A DNA stretch of 64,000 nucleotides, taken from an uncultured bacterium (lineage in GTDB: Bacteria > Patescibacteriota > Minisyncoccia > UBA6257 > 2-01-FULL-56-20). The stretch is taken from positions 208,748 to 272,747 of the forward strand of contig OY970175.1 in assembly GCA_963707865.1 (NCBI GenBank), written 5' to 3'. Under the pieces are notes generated by a model. It searched no databases. It saw only the letters and a program-made list of their open reading frames with translations, and was not told the DNA's origin. Within the stretch, counting starts at the first letter, position 1; every line of letters begins with the position of its first letter. The position numbers and the translations under genes were made by a program. Shown one piece after another: positions 8,041-15,033 of the stretch.

Positions 8041-9408
8041 ATGGATGCCGTACAAGGCATTTTGAATGCGGCGGGCCAAGTGTTTTGGTACGCGTGGTGG
8101 ATATGGATTCCCCTCGTTTTGTTCCCGCTTTTTGAGTCCACGTGGCTTTTTTGGCGGCAGCAGGTTTTCAAGCGCGAATTGGAATTCGTGCATTTGGAGA
8201 TCCGCATCCCGCGCGAGACGAAGAGAAGCCCGCGGGCGATGGAGCAGGTGCTCATGTCTATCCATAACCTTCGCAATGCACCGGCAGACCCGGAGGAAAA
8301 ATGGTGGGACGGTGAGGTCACGCGCTGGTACGCGCTGGAGTTGGTGAGCATTGGCGGAGAGATTCATCTGTACCTACGCGCGTGGAGAAAGCAAAAGGAG
8401 ATCATCCAGGCGGCGTTCTTTGCCCATTACCCCGATGTGGAGATCGTGGAAGTGGATGATTACATTGACCGGCTGCCTGCGAGCGTGGGAGAGATGTACA
8501 AGAGCGGTTACGACCTTTGGGGATCAGAGTTTACCCTTGCGCGTGAACCCGCGTATCCCATCAGGAGCTACGTGGATTTTGAATCACCGGACGAGGAAAA
8601 GCAGTTTGATCCCATGTCCACCTTCCTTGAGGTTCTCGGCAAGGTGAAGCGCGAGGAGATTTTGTGCGTTCAGTATCTCATCGTGCCGGCGAGCATGGAT
8701 TGGAGAGACAAGTATCAGTCCTTGGTTGAATCATTGCGCACGAGGAATCAGAAGATTGGTGCGGCGGGAGGAGCGAAGCACACCCTTGGGATGGAATTCC
8801 CGCACATCCTTCCCACGTTCCCGGTGAAAACGAGCGGAGAAGGTGAGGATGGCCTGCGCGTCCTTGGAAAGGCAATCATGACGCGGACGCCGGGCGAGAC
8901 CGATGTCCTCAAGGCAGTGGAAGAGAACCTTTCCTTCCCGCCGTTTAACACCCTTATTCGATTCGTCTATTTCTCGCCGAAGGAACTGTATTTTGACACG
9001 CTGCCGCGCCGCGGATTGACCGGCGCATTCAACCAATATGCCGCCGCTAACCTTAATTGGTTTACGCGGAACGAGGAAATCAGCACGAGGGTTAAGTTTT
9101 GGGACTTTCCGTACCTCTTTCCGAATGCGCGCCTTGATCGCAGAAAGAGCCGCGTGCTTGCGGACTATCGCGCGCGGGAAATCCCGCCGGAGACCTCAAT
9201 GGGAAAGGTTATCCGCTCAAAATTTTTGCACTGGGAGCACTCCCGCATGTTTCTCTTGAGCACGCGGTCGCTTGCGACGCTTTTTCATCCGCCGACCTAC
9301 CGCGTGATCACGGCGCCGCACATCAAACGGGTGGTGAGCAGGAAGGCAGGCGCGCCGGCTGGCCTTGCGATCTACGGCGGGGAAGAGGAGATGGAGAAAT
9401 TCAAATAA
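8041..9408 (+). CDS. Hypothetical membrane-anchored protein; first gene of the T4CP-like ATPase cluster
   Basis: N-terminal TM 'FWYAWWIWIPLVLFPLF'; translationally coupled to following genes (ATG overlaps stop at 9408). Start could be 8020 or 8041; ORF track gives 7693. Confidence 0.6.
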   Translation: MDAVQGILNAAGQVFWYAWWIWIPLVLFPLFESTWLFWRQQVFKRELEFVHLEIRIPRETKRSPRAMEQVLMSIHNLRNAPADPEEKWWDGEVTRWYALELVSIGGEIHLYLRAWRKQKEIIQAAFFAHYPDVEIVEVDDYIDRLPASVGEMYKSGYDLWGSEFTLAREPAYPIRSYVDFESPDEEKQFDPMSTFLEVLGKVKREEILCVQYLIVPASMDWRDKYQSLVESLRTRNQKIGAAGGAKHTLGMEFPHILPTFPVKTSGEGEDGLRVLGKAIMTRTPGETDVLKAVEENLSFPPFNTLIRFVYFSPKELYFDTLPRRGLTGAFNQYAAANLNWFTRNEEISTRVKFWDFPYLFPNARLDRRKSRVLADYRAREIPPETSMGKVIRSKFLHWEHSRMFLLSTRSLATLFHPPTYRVITAPHIKRVVSRKAGAPAGLAIYGGEEEMEKFK

Positions 9409-9878
9409 TGGCGATTATCATAATCATCAAGTGGATCTGCATTGTGATTACGATACTGCTTGGCGGGGGTTTTATCTTCGCGTTATATAAGGGCTGGTCG
9501 TATCACCCGCATTATGAATTGGAAAAACGGAAGGCAAAGAAAATACTTACTCTGCGCGATGCGGTGACGAAGGAACACTGGGAAACCATCGTGAGGACAT
9601 TCTCGCTTGGAACGCCGGAGGCCGCGCGGACGGCCGTCATTGAGGCGGATACGCTCGTGGATACGGTGCTCAAAAGCATGGAGATTCCCGGCCAGCACCT
9701 TGCCGACCGGCTGTCCAACTTGGAGCCGGAGGAGGTTGCATCGCTTGATCGGGTATGGCGGGCGCACCGCACGCGGAACGATCTTGTGCACACGCCGGGA
9801 TTTGCACTGACCGAGAAGGAGGCGCAGAAGACGCTCGAGGACTACGAGGCTTTTCTCAAAGATCTGGGAGTGTTATAA
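9408..9878 (+). CDS. Small membrane protein (one N-terminal TM helix)
   Basis: 'MAIIIIIKWICIVITILLGGGFIFALY'; TAATG overlap with upstream gene; 8 bp before downstream ATPase gene. Confidence 0.55.
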   Translation: MAIIIIIKWICIVITILLGGGFIFALYKGWSYHPHYELEKRKAKKILTLRDAVTKEHWETIVRTFSLGTPEAARTAVIEADTLVDTVLKSMEIPGQHLADRLSNLEPEEVASLDRVWRAHRTRNDLVHTPGFALTEKEAQKTLEDYEAFLKDLGVL

Positions 9879-9885
9879 CCACGCT

Positions 9886-11376
9886 ATGCCAAGAGCGGGA
9901 AAGATACAAATTATCAGATACGCGCCGCCGCCGCCCGAACTGCCAATTTACGGGCAGGTGGATCCGGCAGAGGTTTCTTTTATCGGCCGCACGAACTATG
10001 TGGCCCAGCTTGAAGAAAAAAAGTTTGTGTTCGGCATCAAGCGGCACGACCGGCGGCGCCACTTTTATATCGTCGGCAAAAGCGGCGTGGGGAAATCCAA
10101 GCTGCTTGAGCTCCTTATTCGCCAGGACATTGCATACGGCCACGGGATATGCCTTATGGATCCGCACGGCGATGTGATCGAGGCTGTCATGGATTTTGTT
10201 CCGGAGAATCGCGTGAACGACGTGGTGATCATAGACCCTACCGATATGGGCTACCCGGCTTCATTTAACCCGCTGCAGAACGTGGATCCCAGTTTTAAGC
10301 ACCAGCTTGCGCAAGGATTGATTGAAGTGATGGAGAAGCAATTCGGCGCGAACTGGACGCCGCGCCTGGAGCACGTGTTTCGCTTCACTGTACTCGCACT
10401 CCTTGATTATCCGCACGCCACGATGCGGGGGATGATCTCCATGCTTACGGACCGCAACTACCGGCAGAAGGTGGTGGAATATATAGAGGACGACATAGTC
10501 AAACGCTTCTGGGCAATCGAGTTCGCCGACTGGTCGGAAAAATTTGATACGGACGCGATTATCCCGCTTGTGAACAAACTCGGCCAGTTCCTCTCCGACC
10601 CGCTTTTGCGCAACATTTTCGGCCAGAAAGAGAACAGAATCAATCTTGAGGAATTGATGGAACAGAAAAAATTGATTTTTATTAATCTTTCCAAAGGACG
10701 CCTGGGCGAAGAAAATTCCAGTTTTTTGGGCGCGATGTTCATCACGAAAATCAAGCAGGCAGGCATGGCGCGCGCTTCCATACCCGAAAAGGACCGCCAC
10801 GATTTTTATCTTTATGTGGACGAGTTTCACAATCTTGTTACAGAAACGTTTGAGAACATTCTCTCCGAGGCGCGGAAATACGCGCTGTGTCTTACGATCA
10901 CGCATCAATACATGGGCCAGCTCTTGCCGCGCGTGCAAGCGGCGGTACTCGGGAATGTGGGGAGCATCATAATCTTCCGCGTCGGCGGCGAGGACGCGGT
11001 GCACCTGAAGCCAGAAATGGCGCCGATCTTTGACGTGAAAGACATGATCAACCTCGGTACGCAGGAATTCTTCATCAAAATGATGATTGACGGTGAAAGC
11101 TACGATCCCTTTTCCGCGGAGACGCTTAAGGTGCTGCCGCCGCCGCATCGCTCGTTCCGTAAGGAGATTCTGGAACAGTCCCGGAAGAAATATACCATCC
11201 CCGCCGACGCCGCGAAGAAGCTTATTCAAGAAGAGGAGGCCACCATTCTCCGCAGCGCCCAGGAAAAAGCTATTATTGAAGGCAAGGCGAGGGGCAGCGG
11301 GGCGGGCACGGCGGGCGCCGGCGGCGGAGCTAAAGAAGAAGCGGCCGTAGACAAGACCCCCGAGCCTTTGATATAA
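9886..11376 (+). CDS. TraD/VirD4/TrwB-like (type IV secretion coupling-protein family / HerA-FtsK superfamily) P-loop ATPase
   Basis: Walker A 'GKSGVGKS', 'MDPHGD', Walker B 'LYVDEFHNL', 'ITHQYMGQL'; low-complexity Gly/Ala C-terminal tail. Confidence 0.8.
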   Translation: MPRAGKIQIIRYAPPPPELPIYGQVDPAEVSFIGRTNYVAQLEEKKFVFGIKRHDRRRHFYIVGKSGVGKSKLLELLIRQDIAYGHGICLMDPHGDVIEAVMDFVPENRVNDVVIIDPTDMGYPASFNPLQNVDPSFKHQLAQGLIEVMEKQFGANWTPRLEHVFRFTVLALLDYPHATMRGMISMLTDRNYRQKVVEYIEDDIVKRFWAIEFADWSEKFDTDAIIPLVNKLGQFLSDPLLRNIFGQKENRINLEELMEQKKLIFINLSKGRLGEENSSFLGAMFITKIKQAGMARASIPEKDRHDFYLYVDEFHNLVTETFENILSEARKYALCLTITHQYMGQLLPRVQAAVLGNVGSIIIFRVGGEDAVHLKPEMAPIFDVKDMINLGTQEFFIKMMIDGESYDPFSAETLKVLPPPHRSFRKEILEQSRKKYTIPADAAKKLIQEEEATILRSAQEKAIIEGKARGSGAGTAGAGGGAKEEAAVDKTPEPLI

Positions 11377-11383
11377 TATAGGT

Positions 11384-11563
11384 ATGTTCGTGCACCCTGT
11401 CTTTTTTGTCATAGGCATTATTTTGGTTATTTATCTCATAGCGACTGATTTCCATGCGCATCGGCGCATCAAACATTTGGAAAAAACCGTGAGGAAGCTC
11501 GAGGGCATAAACGGGGTGGAACATTCAAAACCTCGCTGGGAGAAGAAGGAGGATCTCTCATAG
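11384..11563 (+). CDS. Possible small membrane protein (59 aa)
   Basis: ATG 11384 eight nt after ATPase stop; 'MFVHPVFFVIGIILVIYLIATDF' TM; not in ORF track (<60 aa). Confidence 0.3.
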   Translation: MFVHPVFFVIGIILVIYLIATDFHAHRRIKHLEKTVRKLEGINGVEHSKPRWEKKEDLS

Positions 11564-11613
11564 CCATAGCGCGCGCGACCAACACCCCGCATTAAAAAAT
11601 TATTAAAAACTGT

Positions 11614-11643
11614 TTGACAGTGCTGGCTGACCTGCACTATAAT
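11614..11643 (+). promoter_or_regulatory. Near-consensus sigma70-type promoter (TTGACA-18 nt-TATAAT) with A/T-rich UP-like element
   Basis: TTGACA 11614..11619, 18-nt spacer, TATAAT 11638..11643; upstream 'attaaaaaattattaaaaac'. Confidence 0.55.
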
Positions 11644-11651
11644 GAGAACGA

Positions 11652-12101
11652 TTATTGGGATTTCCCACCGATCCCCGCCTCGCAAGAGGCGGGGTGAATA
11701 TTTTTAAGGCCATAGGTGGTCGAGAGTGCGTCGGTGACTTTTGCGAACGATTCATCACTCAACGTTGTCAGCCTTTTTACAAGTCGCTTGCTATCAAAGG
11801 TTCTTATCTGGCTCAAAATTGCTGTATTAGTTTTGCCGCCCTGAGTTATCGGAAAATACCATCTGCCTTCTTTTGCCCGACTCGTGAGCGGGATGCCGAG
11901 AAATGAATTCGCGTTGAATTTTTTGAATATGATGACGGGGCGCGTGAACCGTTTGCCTTTGCCGTAAATCTCCACGCCGATGTTTATACCAATACTGCAC
12001 CACCAGATTTCGCCTTCCTTGAAAAGCGTTTTTGATGGCGCGCCGTGCAGTATTACTGCTGTTCGCCACCAGCCGATGAGTGTAAGAAAATATTGCAGCA
12101 T
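11652..12101 (-). CDS. PemK/MazF-family toxin-like endoribonuclease (orphan; no adjacent antitoxin ORF evident)
   Basis: Kid/PemK-like motifs 'GEIWW', 'GxExxGKxRFTRPVII', 'IPLTS', 'QIRTFDSKRL...L..L'; true start uncertain. Confidence 0.6.
   Translation of the reverse strand: MLQYFLTLIGWWRTAVILHGAPSKTLFKEGEIWWCSIGINIGVEIYGKGKRFTRPVIIFKKFNANSFLGIPLTSRAKEGRWYFPITQGGKTNTAILSQIRTFDSKRLVKRLTTLSDESFAKVTDALSTTYGLKNIHPASCEAGIGGKSQ
11673..11706 (+). terminator. Intrinsic terminator hairpin (9-bp GC stem, GCAA tetraloop) followed by T-rich tract, ~30 nt downstream of the promoter's predicted start
   Basis: CCCCGCCTC-gcaa-GAGGCGGGG then 'tgaatattttt'; U-tract only on plus strand. Confidence 0.55.
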
Positions 12102-12171
12102 ATCGCCACGTTACCACATCGCCCATTAAAATTTCATAAAATACAGGGCCTAAAAGAGGTATACTATTTAT

Positions 12172-13962
12172 ATGACAAGCGAGACCAAAATTTGCCAAAA
12201 TTGCAAGCAATCCTTCGCGATTGAGCCCGAGGATTTTGCGTTCTATGAGAAAATAAGAGTTCCGCCGCCGACATGGTGCCCGGAATGCCGGCTCGTGCGA
12301 AGACTGTTGTTTTTCAATGAGCGGACGATCTATAAACGCCCTTGCGCCCTTTGCGGGAAGGATTTTATGTCTCTTTTTCCCAAAGAGTCGCCATATACGG
12401 TGTATTGCGATGCTTGCTGGTGGTCTGACAAATGGGATCCGCTCTCTTACGGCAAGGAAGTGGATTTTTCGCGGCCGTTTCTTGAACAACTTCATGAACT
12501 CTTCCGGCAAGTGCCGCAAATCGGGCGGAACGTCATCACGTCCACGTTCGTAAACAGCGACTATTGCAACGCCGCGTCGTATCTCAAAAATTGCTATCTT
12601 ATTTTTAATTCCGACTACGACGAGGACTGTATGTTCAGCACCTATTTGGAACGGAGCAAGAGTTCGTTCGACCTTTATATGTGCGACCATTGCGAGCGGT
12701 GTTATGAGGGAAGCAACCTTTTGAAGGACTTCAATGTCCGGTGGTCGGACAACTGCAACGAATGCATAGACGTTTCTTTCTCCAAAAATTGCATTGGTTG
12801 TTCCCATTGTTTCGGCTGTGTGAACCTCCACCGCAAGCAGTATCACATCTGGAATCAGTCGTACTCAAAAGAGGAATATTTCAAAGAGACTGCGAAGTAC
12901 GATATTGGTTCGTTTCGTGCGGTGGAGGAGTTCAAGAAGCGGAGCCGCGAACTTTCCCTGCGCTATCCAAAAAAGTTTGCCGAAGGGTTCCATAATGAAA
13001 ACGTAAGCGGGGATTATGTGTATAACTCAAAAAATACGTTCTGGAGCGACGAAGTGGGCGATTGCCGCGATTGCAAATTCTGCCAGTTTCTTTTCCTTTT
13101 CCCGACGAGCGATGCCTACGATTACACCATGTGGGGCATCGCGGAGCGGATATATGAATGCATGGGGGCAGGCGGGGGCGCGCGAGACGTGAAGTTTTGC
13201 ACCAACACATGGACCGAGCATATGAATGTGGAATATTCCAGGGACGTGTTTCTCGCAAGCAGCGACCTCTTTGGTTGCATAGCACCCAAGAAGTACCGGT
13301 TTTGCATTTTGAACAAACAATATTCCGAGGGCGAGTACCGCGCGCTTCGCGGAAAAGTGATCGCCCACATGGACGCCATGCCGTATGTGGATAGAAAGGG
13401 ACGTGTCTATAAATACGGTGAATTCTTTCCGCCGGAATTGTCGCCGTTCGGCTACAACGAAACAATTGCCCAAGCGCACCGCCCCCTCACAAAAGACGAT
13501 ACAGAGAAAGCCGGATTTCTCTGGCACCATCTGGAAGCGACCACCTATCAGCCGACCGTGCGCGCGGAAGAGCTCCCTGACAATATCAAAGAAGTTGCCG
13601 ATTCGATTCTGACCGAAGTGATTGAGTGCGCGCATAAAGGAAATTGCATCGATCAATGTCCCGGCGCTTTCCGAATCACACCCCAAGAGCTTGCATTCTA
13701 CCGGCAATCGCTCATACCGCTGCCGCGCCTGTGCCACAATTGCCGCCATTACGCCCGCCTTTTTTATCACAATCCGATTCTGCGTTTGTTCAAAAGGAAA
13801 TGTCAGTGTGGCGGTAGCGACTCGGCAAATGGAGTTTATAAAAACGCAGCGACGCATTTCCACGGCACCGCGTCCTGCCCCAACGGGTTTGAAACCTCCT
13901 ATGCCCCCGATCGTTCTGAGATCGTGTATTGCGAGCAGTGCTACAACGCGGAGGTGGTGTAG
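12172..13962 (+). CDS. Cys-rich multi-zinc-ribbon repeat protein of unknown function (paralog 1)
   Basis: N-terminal 'CQNCK...PPPTWCPECR' and 'CALCGK...YCDACW' ribbons; many CxxC/NC repeats; C-terminal ribbon 'LCHNCR'. N-terminal ~80 aa and nucleotide sequence closely match ORF starting 62886. Confidence 0.8.
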   Translation: MTSETKICQNCKQSFAIEPEDFAFYEKIRVPPPTWCPECRLVRRLLFFNERTIYKRPCALCGKDFMSLFPKESPYTVYCDACWWSDKWDPLSYGKEVDFSRPFLEQLHELFRQVPQIGRNVITSTFVNSDYCNAASYLKNCYLIFNSDYDEDCMFSTYLERSKSSFDLYMCDHCERCYEGSNLLKDFNVRWSDNCNECIDVSFSKNCIGCSHCFGCVNLHRKQYHIWNQSYSKEEYFKETAKYDIGSFRAVEEFKKRSRELSLRYPKKFAEGFHNENVSGDYVYNSKNTFWSDEVGDCRDCKFCQFLFLFPTSDAYDYTMWGIAERIYECMGAGGGARDVKFCTNTWTEHMNVEYSRDVFLASSDLFGCIAPKKYRFCILNKQYSEGEYRALRGKVIAHMDAMPYVDRKGRVYKYGEFFPPELSPFGYNETIAQAHRPLTKDDTEKAGFLWHHLEATTYQPTVRAEELPDNIKEVADSILTEVIECAHKGNCIDQCPGAFRITPQELAFYRQSLIPLPRLCHNCRHYARLFYHNPILRLFKRKCQCGGSDSANGVYKNAATHFHGTASCPNGFETSYAPDRSEIVYCEQCYNAEVV

Positions 13963-13987
13963 CGAAGAAGGCCCGATAATTGTTGTT

Positions 13988-14938
13988 TCATGTCCGTACA
14001 TTTGTCCCCTCGATAGATTGAAGATATTCGACCGGCGTCTTTCCGGCAAGGGCAAGGTGAGGACAGATGGTATTGTACCAGGCACAGTAAGCGGCCTGTT
14101 TTTGTTTTGCCTCGGCCACGGTGCGGAACGCCACCTTGTTCCAGAACCGTTCCCGGTCGTTGCGGTGGGAACGTTCCACCTTGCCGTTCTGCGCGGGATG
14201 CCCGGGAGCGATGAGATAGTGGACCATCTTCTGTTTTGCGCAGGCGAGGTCGAACGGATGCAACCGCGGCTTCATGGGGTCAGCTGATTTCGGATATCCT
14301 ATGTAGCGATTCGTAAAGATGGATCCGTTGTCGGTCTTCACCGCACGGATGCGGAACGGTGCGGCCGCAATGACCCTTTCGAGAAACAGGATCGCGGTTC
14401 TCGTGGATTGTTCCTGGGTTACCCACAGATGCCGCCACCGGGTGCAGCAGTCGATCGCGGTGAACTGGTAGAGCCAGTTGCCCTTGAATTTCCTCACGTA
14501 GACGACGTCGATCTCCACCATCTCGCCGGGGAACGTGGCCGTCGGTTTCCACTTTTCCTTGGGCGTGAGACGCTTCTTCGTACGCGAGAGGCCTTCACGC
14601 TTCAATACTTTTGCAATGCCGCGTGCCGAGAGCCGCATGCCTTCGCGGGCGAGGAGGTGTACGAGCACGTCCGGACCGAGATCGGTCTCCGTTCTCATAG
14701 TCCGGATCTTTTTCACGATATCTCGCGAAAACTGTTTTGGGTGTGCGTGCGGCCTGCGCGATCTGGGCACGAGGGCGCTCGCCCCGCCACTGCGATATGC
14801 CGCCACCCAACGCTTCAGCGTACGGTATGAAAATGGTGCGTGGGCAGCAATGGCCTTGATGCTCATCTCTTTTTCAAGATGCGGCCTGATCCACCGCATT
14901 CGTTCCTCCGCTGCGTCTTTGGCAAGTGTTTGTGGCAT
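13988..14938 (-). CDS. IS481-family DDE transposase
   Basis: 'FTAIDCCTRW', 'VKTDNGSIF', 'PGHPAQNGKVERSH' rve/IS481 motifs; start taken at 'MPQTLAKD' (ORF track extends to 15073). Confidence 0.85.
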   Translation of the reverse strand: MPQTLAKDAAEERMRWIRPHLEKEMSIKAIAAHAPFSYRTLKRWVAAYRSGGASALVPRSRRPHAHPKQFSRDIVKKIRTMRTETDLGPDVLVHLLAREGMRLSARGIAKVLKREGLSRTKKRLTPKEKWKPTATFPGEMVEIDVVYVRKFKGNWLYQFTAIDCCTRWRHLWVTQEQSTRTAILFLERVIAAAPFRIRAVKTDNGSIFTNRYIGYPKSADPMKPRLHPFDLACAKQKMVHYLIAPGHPAQNGKVERSHRNDRERFWNKVAFRTVAEAKQKQAAYCAWYNTICPHLALAGKTPVEYLQSIEGTNVRT

Positions 14939-14980
14939 ATTCCCCAGCTTACGCTTCGAGGGGCCATATGTATGTGCAGA
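13992..14980 (-). mobile_element. IS481-family insertion sequence (copy A)
   Basis: Imperfect terminal inverted repeats 'TGTCCGTACATTTGTCCCCTCGA' (13992..14014) and 'TCGAGGGGCCATATGTATGTGCAGA' (14956..14980), ~18/23 matching; single DDE transposase inside. Confidence 0.8.
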
Positions 14981-15033
14981 GTACCTTGTTGACTGGCGAA
15001 ATCGCAGGAATCGTGGTATAATAGGAACAGAAC

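Noticed and set aside
10261-11418. Long minus-strand ORF (385 aa) antisense to the T4CP-like ATPase gene. Similar long antisense ORFs: 11827..12846(-), 13027..14085(-), 14863..15699(-), 29670..30743(+), 30611..31726(+), 32173..33414(+), 49352..50242(+), 52588..53649(-), 55312..56286(-), 61311..62066(-)
   Set aside because: Each lies opposite a gene with unambiguous conserved-family motifs. They have Arg/Pro/Ala-rich, stop-poor composition typical of antisense frames in GC-rich DNA, and no recognisable motifs. Treated as artefacts.
11655-11906. ORF-track entry (83 aa, TTG start) on plus strand
   Set aside because: It lies antisense within the MazF-like gene and begins at the predicted transcription start of a promoter that is followed within ~30 nt by a terminator. 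It is more plausibly noncoding.
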